DNA of 64,000 nucleotides, taken from contig NC_134026.1 in assembly GCF_964204645.1 (NCBI RefSeq), positions 17,456,150 through 17,520,149 of the forward strand, given 5' to 3'. This document shows positions 12,601-24,010 of this stretch, piece by piece. Source of the stretch: Tubulanus polymorphus. Its lineage: Eukaryota > Animalia > Nemertea. The position numbers and the translations under genes are program-made. Below the pieces are notes generated by a model. It had not been told where the DNA came from, searched no databases, and saw only the letters and a program-made list of their open reading frames with translations. Each line of letters starts with the position of its first letter. Position 1 is the first letter of the stretch.

Positions 12601-14102
12601 TAATCTACTTTTTATCAACTGTTATATCTTTATCCCTTTAATAAAGTTACTATTGTTTTCTCTCCATTTATTATACATATTTTTCATTAGAAATAAAATT
12701 ATTATTTGATATTTATTTTTTATATTTTATAGAAATAGTATTTATATATTAAATGAATTGGATGAATGGCATGAATGACATGATGGCATGAATTTTATGA
12801 TTCATCCAATTATATAATTCATTCAATCATATATTCTATATTTCAAAATGATATCATATTTATATTAGATATTATATTTTATAAAAATGATATTTTTATC
12901 ATTATGTTTTATAAAATTAATATATTTAATGTCATATTTTATATTTTATAAAAACAACATCTATATATTAAATGAATAGAATGAATGGTATGAATTATAT
13001 ATTCGTGCTGTTTTGATGAATTATATATTCATGCTATTTGGATGAATTATATATTCATGCTATTCATGCCATTCATGCCATTCATTCAATTATATATTTT
13101 CTATATGTCAAATTGTTTTAATATTCATTTTTCATATTCTTTTTTAAGAATAAAATTATTGTATTATATTTTGTTATAATTTGATATTTATTTCTTATTC
13201 TATTAATTTTAGGTTTTGATATTTAAACATTTATTTTGATATTCAAATATCTATTTTTCATATTTTGATATTTATTTTGATATTCTAATATTTTTTTTTC
13301 AATTTTTGATATTATCTTTTAATATATATTAAAATTTTAAAAATAATACTATATGAATATCAGAGTCAGTGTATAATTATATTTTTATATCAAAGGTTGA
13401 AAGGTTGAGTGAATAAGATAAAATAAATTCAAGCCCGTGAGGATTTATTCTTATCTTATGAGCTCGACCTTTCGACCTTTGGTATGAAAACATAATGATA
13501 CACTTACTCGCGAGTCATCATTACAATTGTCTAAGGACCAGACTGATGAACTGAAACCACTATTCTATCTTCTATGGCTTAGGAGCTATAAACGAAAAAC
13601 CTCCGTATGAAAAATTGGGGTCGCCATAATTACCCCCTAGCGCCCAAGCAGTTGGTAATAAAAACTGTGCAACTACTGAAATAAACTGCAGCTACAATTT
13701 ACCCACTGACGTCAGGCTGAAATCTCAAAAATAAACAATTTTCTCATACAAAAAAACTTTTGGACCCTTAAAATTTGAGAATTTACTCTTAATCGTTACA
13801 TTGATAGAAAGTCCGGGCATGAATCCCGGTACCTCTCGCAAGGCCTTCACGGACCTCCGTTCGGTAGACAAACGTGGTGGCGAGACCCCTCGGAGCCTAC
13901 CAGCCGATGGATGAAAATAGGAAGATAGATAATAAAAAAATCATGATAAATACTAGGGTTTTCTGCCGAAGGTCATATGTATTTATATGTTCAAAGTATA
14001 CCATACCGTCAACGTTTAGAGATGTCTGAATTGCCTCGTCGATCGATTCAAGTATTTCACCCCTCTTCAAAAGACCAGAATGGACGATTTTGCCGATTAA
14101 AA

Positions 14103-14160
14103 GTACCTTGCAAAAGAAGAAAATATATGCGTACCTTGCAAAAGAAGAAAATATATGCGT
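14103..14160. repeat. 28-bp perfect tandem duplication
   Basis: GTACCTTGCAAAAGAAGAAAATATATGC x2. Confidence 0.9.
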
Positions 14161-15761
14161 CATTGGATTTGAAAAAAGAAGGAAACGAAAGAAGTGGCTA
14201 ACCTAGTTGGATACAAAAAGAATATCATGAATGCATTCTCAAATGTTTTGGGACTTTCTCAAAATATAGATATCAAGAAAGAATTGTTTCGTTAGTCCGT
14301 ATGTCATCAAAATTTGATAATAGTACAGTGATAAAATCATTAAACCATTTCGATCTAGCCGTAAGATCAACCCGTTTGTGGAATAATGTTGGGCTAGTTC
14401 ATCCACGGGACGAAGTTTAGTTTAAAATTCTTGCGTAAAGAGTCCCAATATTCTGTCTCAAGGCCGTCGGGTAAAGTTTGTAGGAAATGGACGATTAAGG
14501 AACTAATCCTTCGCTCTAGTCGATGCTACAAGCATTTCTTCACGAGATTATTTCGTAGTGTACATTACTACACACACAGAGATTTAACAAGTTCAAACGG
14601 AATGTACATGTATTATTGCCAGAATGTAACATTTCGTTTAAAAGCTATTAGTTTTCGAAACGAAAAAAGTGGAATATATATAAATGTAGCTGCAAACTAA
14701 CGATAATGGGTTTTCTGCGCTGCAACACCATGCATATTCGAAATGAAGGGAAAAAATCAAAATATTTTTGAATATAGAAAAAAAATCAAAATATTCCATC
14801 GTCGGGTTTTAAACATGATGTGGCATCACTAGCCAAGGTATCACATGATCCTGAAAATAACCCGTTATAAATTGTTGATGGAGATGCCTACGGATGGAGC
14901 ACTCCTTTATTAGAGCATTGATTGGATATTGTTTTTTCGCGCAATCGTGCGGAGACGCTATCTTGAATCTGTCGAATAACACTGGCTTAATTTGTGCTAA
15001 ATCGAACACAATTATAGAGACAGGAAATACTTTTAAATTCTAAATATATTTGATTATCATATGAGAGGCTGTAATATTTCTGTCCGAATTTGACATTTCG
15101 TTTGGAGGCTGTTAGTTGTCGAATCTGATAGAAGATGAATGTTTTATGAATGAAATGAAAATTATTCTAAAATATGATAATGATAATCACGATTATGATG
15201 TAATAATAATTGATGTTGGTAAAATCAAAATATTTTTCTGCGAGGTTGCAGACAATTTAATAATTAACAGAATAAGTAATTTCTGTGATCTAGCAAAAAG
15301 CTAATAATCAGGAGCCAGTTGCACACTCATGGCATAGATTTAAGGCCAGTAAAGTTAAAAGTTTTAACAAAAACAGTTTGTTTTCAATTGTTTTCCGATC
15401 TCCGAAAATCCGTCAACCCGTATGCAACTTATAATAAAAACGGCCTTATTATAGGCATGGACAATAGCTACAGGGTTCCCTGAAAATGAAAACGCTGCTC
15501 CATTTTCAAGTATAGGCCTATCATTTATGATATATCGGTTATCATGTGGTATAAAGGTTGCAATTTCACAAAATCTTTTCGCCTGCAGGTTTCTTCAGCT
15601 CGACCTTTTCCAGTGTTATTAGGTTGACTTTTTAATCATTATGTTTCTTGAATCTAAATAAGCATTCAACGATAAAACGATATAAATGGAAAGGTGTCAA
15701 GATATCGTAAACTAAGGTTTACTTTCCTGGCTAAAATAGAACGCATACAATTATTTCTTAC

Positions 15762-15794
15762 CAGTAACGACACGAGAATACATTTAAACCCCAT
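15762..15794 (-). CDS. Candidate signal-peptide first exon (MGFKCILVSLL), probably of astacin copy 1
   Basis: Kozak GCCGCCATGG; 11 mostly hydrophobic codons; phase-0 donor GTAAGA; same layout as copy-2 exon 1 (MCPFIFLVVL|gtaagt). Confidence 0.5.
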
Positions 15795-16619
15795 GGCGGC
15801 CTCTACTCCACGGAAAGGCGATCGAATTAATGAAACAAGCACCTCTTCGACCCTGAAAATGAAACAACAAGTTGCTTCAAACTTATCTGCAACGTCGACA
15901 CGATTCGAGAAAAAAATAATCCATGTAATAAGGTGCACTTCCTATCAGATAGCTCCGGGATACCGTAGTTGATTCAATTCTGTGCACGTTCACTTGTTGA
16001 TAACTAGTTAAGAGTGATTCCTGACATCAATTCCATCAGCTGTGTAAACTAGTTACTTTCTCTTTGACGGAAATCCTGATTATAGAGAAACTTTCGTTGA
16101 TATTCATTGTCACGAATGAAGAGCTATTTTATTAGCTTTTTTCTTTTTGATATCTAGCGTACAGTGTTCTGTAATCATATGGGTCAATTATACATGCGTC
16201 AGAAAAAAAAACTAATAATAGCGATATTAGTTTGTTATGCAAACACCTGACACATTGTAAAAAAAGTGTTTCTGTTGTTTGTTTTTGTTTTATCATTGCG
16301 GAGTGGTGTCACGGTAAAGTACCTGTATTTTCTGATATCACATGTTCAAATTCACACGAATCACAACCTAAGTTTGAAATTCACGGAACTACAATCCCCT
16401 ATGTTTCTGTTGATCCGTTAATTTTCCTGTTATTTCTTTTTGGTCTCATTTGTTTCATTGACAATCATGTAACTTGATTATCATGAATGGAAAAGCTTAG
16501 ACCTAAACTTAACGCTAAGTAAATGTATCTTGTATTCCAGTAATTTAATTCACTTGATTCAATGAGGCAATTTTAACAAACATTTCTCGATTGTAACCAC
16601 GCCAGTTGCGGTTGTACAT

Positions 16620-17050
16620 GTATTATCACTATTCCTCCTTCGGAATTGAAGATGACCATAACTTCAGTTTCAGGTTTTGTGGTTTCTCGGGTGACTAATG
16701 AGGCCATTTAGGCTCTGAATCGATAGGGTGCAGCCTTTTTGAGGGACCGATTCCGCATTGCCTTATTAAACCGCCTGTTTTCGGAGGTCGTAGCTCCCTC
16801 GTAGATCAGGCTCCTGAAGCTGGCACTGTCCGAAGCAGGATTTCCTCAGGTTTTGGCAAACGCAAAACCTCGAAGCCAAACGCACCGAGGAAGGTTTTAA
16901 GGATGTCCTTTAGCGCTTCTTTTGTCCACCTGTTGACCGTTTGTCAGAGGAAAGTTACCAAATAGAAGATCTTTTGGATGCGGCTGTCAGGTGCGCAATA
17001 TGTCTCCAGGCCGGCGAACTTGTGCCATCTTGAACAAGCTATATACACTT
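16620..17050 (-). mobile_element. Degenerate 3' end of an RTE-clade LINE
   Basis: Frame fragments PDSRIQKIFY, KRSTGGQKKR.KDILK, FRSLIYEG, FRA*.GLISH, typical of the RTE/BovB C-terminus. Confidence 0.65.
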
Positions 17051-17479
17051 GGTGTGGTATTGAAATCAGTATTGGGAATTGGAATTCTATGTTGTAAAAC
17101 AATGATATACCGTAATTGAGTTTCTGCGTTTCTACTATAAATATTTTCTTATTTAGAGGTTTCATGAATGAATATATCAATTTCTGATCATATTAGTCTT
17201 GACAAAACTCTTATTTCGATGAAAAAATTACATTCGTGATGAATAAAAGATGTATGATTATGAATTTGAATTTGCGCCGTTGCTTATTTCCATTGACGTA
17301 CGCACACCGATACGCTAGGACAAAATGGGGTACCTGCACACCAGATGGCGGAAACAATACACTCAGTAATACGTAGTGAAAAACAATTCATTTCATTAAT
17401 TTTGCATATAGCAAATTTGGAAAACGTATAGGATTTCGAAGACAGCCTTCGTTCGTTCGGTGTGTGTATATACGAAGTG

Positions 17480-17560
17480 GACCAGTTCTATTGGTCTACT
17501 GCAGTTGGCACCCTTGCTTTCTACGTACGTGACCTGGGTTCGATCCCCTGTAAGTACGCG
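17480..17560 (+). mobile_element. tRNA-derived SINE head / tRNA-like pseudogene
   Basis: B-box GGTTCGATCCC downstream of an A-box-like TTGGTCTACTGCAGTTGG; no intact cloverleaf. Confidence 0.45.
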
Positions 17561-17578
17561 TTATTTCACTGTCACTTC

Positions 17579-17794
17579 GTGAATTCAAAACTTTTGGTTT
17601 TCTCGCGCGAGAAAACCAAAAGTTTTGAATTCTCGCGCGAGAAAACCAAAATGTTTTGAATTCTCGCGCGAGAAAACCAAAAGTTTTGAATTCTCGCGCG
17701 AGAAAACCGAACTAAGGGCCACTGTGAAAATTTTTTTATCGTTGCTCCAGCCGCACAGAAAATTTGTTTAGAATGGCCCGAATCAGCCACCATA
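17579..17794. mobile_element. Truncated IS3EU-like MITE with ~30-bp palindromic subrepeats
   Basis: Right end ATGGCCCGAATCAGCCACCATA shared with 28756-30153 and 37406-37625; repeated TTCTCGCGCGAGAAAACCAAAAGTTTTGAA. Confidence 0.7.
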
Positions 17795-18366
17795 GATATT
17801 GCTCCGTAGTTTCTATGTTCGATTTAGAGCCTTTTTGTAAAGAGGAATTATTTATGAAAATATTCCTGATTCAAATGATTGGTTTAAAAGTTGTCTGTGA
17901 AATAATTGTTTGTAGCAGAAATTCGGATAGGCAGTCGTTGCCGTAATTGTGTTTTGAATTAATGGTGAACATTGGTTATCGGATAGTTCTGACCACTAAT
18001 CGACTATCTACGAAAACCGAAGATTTTTTCGAAAACTAGTTTATTTCGAGTTTGTAGCTCGGAATTAACCTTGAAAAACCGCTTTGAACTAAGAAAACCA
18101 GTTAATTCCGAGTTACAACACCCGGAATGTACCTCGAAAAATTTAATTAAATAGATATGTGCCCAGGACGTTTCCGTACAAACTACTTACAACGTTAGGG
18201 GAGTTGCTAAATTTTTGTAGTGTTTGCTCTGTGAAGGTTATGTTCGGTAGTTAGCAAACCGGAAGTGTGGGTCTGTACAATTTTGCCGATAAATAAAGTC
18301 GTTATAATTCATTTCCTGGTTCAATCCGTTGTCATCCTCTGGACTTGGCCTACTCATCCACCACAT

Positions 18367-18380
18367 TGGCGACGAGGATG
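18367..18380 (+). promoter_or_regulatory. Primer-binding site complementary to the 3' end of tRNA-Ser(GCU)
   Basis: TGGCGACGAGGATG, 1 nt after the 5' LTR; complementary to ...CATCCTCGTCGCCA. Confidence 0.75.
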
Positions 18381-18460
18381 CAGATTTGAATGTCGGGAAC
18401 AGTTAGAACCGCGTAAGGTCGTTCTTTGATATCTGTGAAGTTTAGAAAAACTGTCGTTAA

Positions 18461-21400
18461 AATGAAGTCCATGTAAACCCGGTTGATAGGTTCGATCCGA
18501 ACGCGGATGCAACTAGCATTGGTCCTAGATGGGAAAGATGGTATCGGTCATTCACGTATTATGTAGAGAGCAAGGCAGTAACTGATCCGGCTCAAAAGAG
18601 AGCGTTACTTTTACACTGTGCCGGTCCGGAGGTCCAGGACTTATTTGAAACTTTATCTGATGTTCCGTTGCCCGCAGGTGCTAATGCGGACAATGACAAC
18701 TGTTTTCTACAGTCAGTTAGAAAATTAGAAGCACATTTCCAGCCCAAGTTAAACACGCCCTACGAACGGTATGTTTTTAGATCGTTAAAACAGAAAGATA
18801 AAGAAACTGTCGATCAGTATGTGACTAGGCTGCGTACCCAGGCCAGAAACTGTAAATTCTCTAATCAAGACGAGCAAATCAGAGACCAGGCTATAAATTG
18901 CTGTCAATCTAGCCAACTGCGTAGAAAGTTATTGCAGAAAGGGGACGGTTTGACGCTTGATGATATGTTAGACATTGCACGCGCAATGGAAACCGTTGAG
19001 TTGCAAACCAGAATTATGGAATCGGGTAGTTCTAGCAGTAGCGTTAGTACCGGACAGGTAAATCGCGTAGGTCCAGGTAGTAAAAGGACTAGTAAACCGA
19101 AATCTGGTGGAAAACCGAAAGACGCGACATGTTTCCGTTGCGGTAGGTTAGGTCACATGGCGAAAGACCCGAAATGTCCGGCCAAATCCGCTACGTGTAA
19201 TAATTGTAAAAAAGTCGGACATTACTCGAAAGTGTGTAAAACCGGAAAATCAAAGAAAAATGCCGGAAAGTCTGAGTCGAATACTCTGGTCGACTCCGAT
19301 GACGAGTATCCGTTTACGTTAAACGAAAACCTGTATGCTGTATCAGGCGGTGACGGAGTAATCGAAATTCGCGTAGGCGGTGAGTTGATAAACGCGCTGA
19401 TTGACTCCGGGTCAACCGTAAACGTCGTCGATGAGAACACATGGAGTTATATGAAAAAACAGAAGGTTAAATGTGTAGCCGAACGTACATCGAGACATTT
19501 ATACCCGTACGGTACGAGTAAGCCGTTGAACACTATCGGAAAGTTCACGGCAGACGTTTCTGTCAGTGATAAATCGGTTATTAATAGTGAATTCATAGTA
19601 ATTAGAGGTCAAGGTCGTTCGTTACTTGGTAAAAGTACAGCAGAGGAACTTGGGATTTTAAGAATCGGTTTGGGAGTAAATTCGGTAAAGACTGGTGGAT
19701 TATCGTTGGACGATATAAAGACGCGGTACCCAGAGATCTGCACCGGAATTGGTAAACTCGTGAATTACCAAGCCACGTTACATATCGACGAAAACGTCAC
19801 GCCAGTCGCGCAAAAGCCTCGTAGGGTTCCATTTGCAATGCGTGAACGACTAGAAAAGAAAATCGATAGTCTTCTGCGCGATGATATCTTAGAGAAGGTT
19901 GAGGGACCGACACCGTGGGTCTCGCCTCTTGTTATAGCACCTAAGGGTGGAGAAGACATTCGCGTATGCGTTGATATGCGCCAGGCAAATGCGGCAGTCA
20001 TTCGGGAACGTCATCCTATCCCTACTGTAGACGAAGTCATACAGAGGATGAATGGGAGTAAGGTTTTCACTAAGCTGGATCTAAAGAGTAGCTTTCACCA
20101 AATAGAATTAGATGAAGAGTCGCGGGGAATAACGACGTTTTCTCACATGGGTCTATTCCGATACAAGAGACTCATGTTCGGGATAAGTTCGGCACCGGAG
20201 TTATTCCAACACATCGTCCAACAGGTGGTCGCGGATTGTGAAGGCGTCGAAAATATTTCCGACGATTTAATAGTCCACGGAATAAATGACAGTGAACATG
20301 ATGAACGCCTTGTGAAAGTTTGTGAAACTTTGTCGAAACACGGTCTAACAATAAATGTGCCGAAGTGCAAAATACGTATGCCAGAAATCGAATACGTAGG
20401 TCACGTTTTAGGAGCGGACGGTATATCTCCTACCGAGGATCGTGTGAAGGCTATTCGTGAGGCTTCTAAGCCACAGTCTGCCTCGGAAGTCCGAAGCTTC
20501 CTAGGACTGGTGAATTTTAGTGGGAGGTTCATCCGGGACCTTTCAACGATCGCCGACCCATTACGGCATTTAACGAGGAACGGAGTTCCGTTTAAATGGA
20601 CCAAGAGTTGCGACCGCGCGTTCAAAAAGTTGAAGGGCGGACTCAGTAGTGCTAAAGCGTTAGCATATTTTGTAAAAAGGGGCACCGACGGAGGTTATAG
20701 TGGACGCTAGTCCCGTAGGACTAGGTGCGATGTTAGTCCAAACACAGAATGGTGAAAAACGGACTGTCTATTATGCAAACCGTAGTTTGTCGCGCGTCGA
20801 GAGGAGGTATTCGCAAACCGAGAAGGAAGCACTTGTGATCGTATGGGCGTGTGAGCGATTCCACGCATTTTTATACGGTATTAAATTCGAGATTGTTACG
20901 GACCATAAACCGTTAACGTTCATATACTCCCCAAAGTCGAAACCATCTGCTAGGGTGGAACGTTGGGTATTGCGATTCCAACCGTACGATTTCACAGTAA
21001 AGCATATCCCGGGGAAAAGTATGGTGGCTGATGCCTTATCGAGGTTGATTAAACGGCCAGATGACATCAACGATGGTGATTCATCTACCGAGGAATACGT
21101 ACATTTTATCGTTGCGAACGCTGTTCAAGTTGCAAGATATCCGCAAGGCATCAGAAGGCGATTTTAAATTACGCCTTGTTCGGAAATGTATAGATTCTGA
21201 CCGGTGGAATGAATGTCCGAGGGAATATAAGTGCGTAAGAACGGAGTTATGCGTCGTGGATAATATAGTGTTACGAGGGTGTCGAATCGTTATTCCGGAA
21301 GCATTGCGTGAGCGTATAATTGATCTAGCGCACGAAGGTCATCAAGGAATGGTCAAGACTAAAACTCGTTTAAGGTCTAAAGTTTGGTGGCCAGGTCTTG

Positions 21401-22003
21401 ATTCACAAACCGAAAGAATCATTAGGTCGTGTGTGGGTTGCCAGTTACTGGGCCAGCCTACAAAGCCGTCGCCGATGAAGCGCTATGAATTTCCCAGTGG
21501 TCCTTGGGTGGATACAGCAGCAGATCTATTAGGGCCGATAGACGATTTTAATGCTCTTGCAGTCGTCGACTATTATAGTCGTTTTGTCATGATAAATTGA
21601 TAATTCGTGGAACCGAATCGAGTGAGATAATCTCGTACTTATCCAGCAGAAGAAAGAGAATAAACTGTCTTCAAGATATGCTGATAACCCGTTGACTGTA
21701 GTAAGTAGGGACGAAAAGGGAGTTACAGTGCAAAGTGAAGCAGTTAAAACATATGAACGCAATCCTGCTCATTTAAAGAAGTTTTACGAGTCTCCAGTGG
21801 TCAAGCCACCAGAATCAGATTTAGAGTTAGAGACTGTACCTGTACATAGTCGTGTAACTGATCCTGTTTGTATTACCCCTGACGAGGGCATTAGTGAGTC
21901 AGAATCAGATTCGAACCCTGAGATAGTTTTGAAACCAGGACTTACTCCTGTTAGGACTAGGTCTGGAAGATCTGTTCGTAAACCTGCTAGGTATGAAGAC
22001 TGA
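18461..22003 (+). pseudogene. Gypsy gag-pol polyprotein, frameshifted (ORFs 18668-20710, 20700-21167, 21061-21600, 21692-22003)
   Basis: Two CCHC knuckles, protease LIDSGS, RT (CVDMR, KLDLKSSFHQI, ISDD), RNase H (DASPVGLGA, YSQTEKEAL, TDHKPL), integrase HHCC (AHEGHQG..SCVGCQ) ending at VVDYYSRF. Confidence 0.92.
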
Positions 22004-23116
22004 GTAAATTTGTATTTTGTGGTTGTTACTAGTGTGTACGCTGTAACGTAGTTTGACACTTTTGATACTTAGGTATTGTGTTGTAATTTTATATTAAAGA
22101 GAGTGGTTTTTATTTTAAGTACTTAGAATAGGTTATAATTTTGTTAAAAATTCTGTGGGTGTTCTGAATAGTTTACTTCAGGTTTATATGGAGTTATACT
22201 GGAGTTCGTTTCTTTGGTTAACTTGTATGTAACTGTGTATACTTGTGTTTAGCTAACATGAGTTAATACTGGGAATAGTATAAGTTTCATGTTCTACATT
22301 TCAGGTGTGGAGGAATCTAGTTTATCTCTATTTTGATTTTGCCTGTATAGCAAAGTGCTTTTAAGGAAACTTCATTTGCTATTAAGTTGACACGAGTTAT
22401 TATTCAACTGTAATTTTTAAATGTGATTAATTTCATAACTGGAAGGTGGTTTAATAACTGGTAAGGGAGGAGTTGTAGTATTTGCTCTGTGAAGGTTATG
22501 TTCGGTAGTTAGCAAACCGGAAGTGTGGGTCTGTACAATATGGCCGATAAATAAAGTCGTTATAATTCATTTCCTGGTTCAATCCGTTGTCATCCTCTGG
22601 AATTGGCCTACTCATCCACCACAGTTTTCAGGCAAGATTTGGTCCTATGCTGAACCGGTTTCGAGAAATCCGGCGGGCTACGAGTTCACAGTTTAAGTTT
22701 TCACAGATGTCAGAGGAATCTTTGTGAACATCTTCAAACTGATTGTGATATTGGTTGAATGAACATAGGTTGCATTTGAATTTTACGCAGTAATAAACTT
22801 TCACAAAATCTGAGATAATTGGGTCAACTGATTTTCATTCGCTGTTATGAATCATACAATATACAAATGAGCTGTAATGATTGCTTTGAAGATTTATTTA
22901 TGTCAAAATTAAATTAATCAGCCAATACGCGAGAAGATATGGTAAACAAATGAATAAGAAGACATGGTCAGTTCAGTGCATCGTCATACAAGTCAGTAGA
23001 CACTCTCAGCCAGTCAGTATGCTCTCAAACAGACACACTCTCGGACAATCGGCACATTCTCGGATAGTCAGTACAATTTCAGACGGTCGACAGTCAACAT
23101 TTGATCCTCATGAATC

Positions 23117-24010
23117 ATGAATTCAACTCAGATGCAGATTGGTCGAACTTATAACAGTTACATCGTTCTAACGTCTGTTGTGAACAAGCCTGGAATCAGC
23201 CGCACCGTGTCACTTGTCATTCTGCCTATCGTGTTCCTGCTTGGAGCGTTTGGCAACTCAGCAACTTTCCTAATAATGATAAGTCACAGATTCTGCAGTT
23301 TATCTTACGCAGTTTATCTTATCGTTTTGTCTCTCAGTGATATCACGTTCTGCATCCAATATACACTGATGCCTGTTTTGCAGTTTGTTCTCTTCTACAT
23401 TAAACACGGTCCTATATTCATCATGAATTCACTGATCAGTTGTCAAATATACGAATTTGTAATGGCACTTGCATGCTGCAATAGTTCGTGGTTTATAGTA
23501 GCAATATCTTTAGAACGTGCGGCAGTTGTGCTCTTCCCGTTCAAATCTCGTAGGATATGTACACCAAGATTCGCTGGATTTGCTATATTGATAATTACTG
23601 CGGTGAATGCACTGATTCTGTATCTCACACCTGTTCTGACTATATATTTCAACGACAGGTTTTTTGGATGTTACCACGAACTATCTCACCAAATAACATA
23701 TTTTGCCATAACTGGCGTCCACTTCAGCATACTACCGTTTACTTTGATCATTACATCAAATTCTGTAATAATAGTTCAGTTATTCAGAGGTTCAAAAATG
23801 GTTTCGTCTGATCAGAAATCTACAAAATCAAAACGTACAACAACAATGCTTGTCACAGTTTCACTCGCATATGCAATATTCATACTTCCAACCACTATTA
23901 CTACATATTTACCAATCTCACTAGAGCAGACAGATTTTATACACGATATTTTCCAGATTTTATACACGATATTTTACTGGGATGAGAAATTCGTGAGTAT
24001 TTCTGTATGA
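23117..24010 (+). CDS. Intronless rhodopsin-class (peptide/FMRFamide-receptor-like) GPCR with TM7 disrupted; possible pseudogene
   Basis: GN in TM1, YLIVLSLSD in TM2, SSWFIVAISLERAAVVLFP in TM3, TTMLVTVS..ILP in TM6. No NPxxY/NFxxY TM7. Confidence 0.85.
   Translation: MNSTQMQIGRTYNSYIVLTSVVNKPGISRTVSLVILPIVFLLGAFGNSATFLIMISHRFCSLSYAVYLIVLSLSDITFCIQYTLMPVLQFVLFYIKHGPIFIMNSLISCQIYEFVMALACCNSSWFIVAISLERAAVVLFPFKSRRICTPRFAGFAILIITAVNALILYLTPVLTIYFNDRFFGCYHELSHQITYFAITGVHFSILPFTLIITSNSVIIVQLFRGSKMVSSDQKSTKSKRTTTMLVTVSLAYAIFILPTTITTYLPISLEQTDFIHDIFQILYTIFYWDEKFVSISV

Larger units (their letters stand above)
9801..13508. mobile_element. Internally deleted Polinton/Maverick (adintovirus-like) element
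   Basis: 6-bp TSD CGCGAG (9795-9800, 13509-13514); termini GGTAAGTG...CACTTACT (AG..CT type); long TIRs; very AT-rich; penton-like and pPolB N-terminal fragments. Confidence 0.88.
9308..13944 (-). pseudogene. Putative secreted ~190-aa helical protein gene, split by the Polinton and carrying one in-frame TAG (exon 13944-13901; exon 13550-13509 + 9794-9308)
   Basis: Signal peptide MIFLLSIFLFSSIG|CSSVWS over a GT-AG intron. The frame continues exactly across the CGCGAG TSD (DDSR|PFQTRKK...) into ORFs 9503-9697 and 9308-9493, which are in the same frame and separated only by one TAG. Confidence 0.6.
18216..22623 (+). mobile_element. Ty3/Gypsy LTR retrotransposon, non-autonomous (integrase core deleted)
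   Basis: 150-bp TG..CA LTRs (18216-18365, 22474-22623; 4 mismatches); TSD ATTTT/GTTTT; PBS TGGCGACGAGGATG (18367-18380); PPT AAGGGAGGAG (22463-22472); gag-PR-RT-RH-INT order. Confidence 0.96.

Noticed and set aside
9801-13508. AT-rich island as a NUMT or bacterial contamination
   Set aside because: It is bounded by TIRs and a 6-bp TSD and holds Polinton-type fragments; no mitochondrial or bacterial genes were seen.
14395-14570. Exon-like minus-strand stretch (RRISSLIVHFLQTLPDGLETEYWDSLRKNF)
   Set aside because: It has an upstream in-frame stop and I could not splice it in phase to neighbouring exons or recognise a family.
17480-17560. Possible tRNA gene
   Set aside because: A B-box is present but there is no acceptor-stem pairing or cloverleaf; more likely a SINE head.
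17581-17710. Palindromic ~30-bp repeats resembling a CRISPR array
   Set aside because: No unique spacers, eukaryotic context, no cas genes; these are MITE subterminal repeats.
19222-22059. Minus-strand ORFs inside the Gypsy element
   Set aside because: Antisense shadows of gag-pol.
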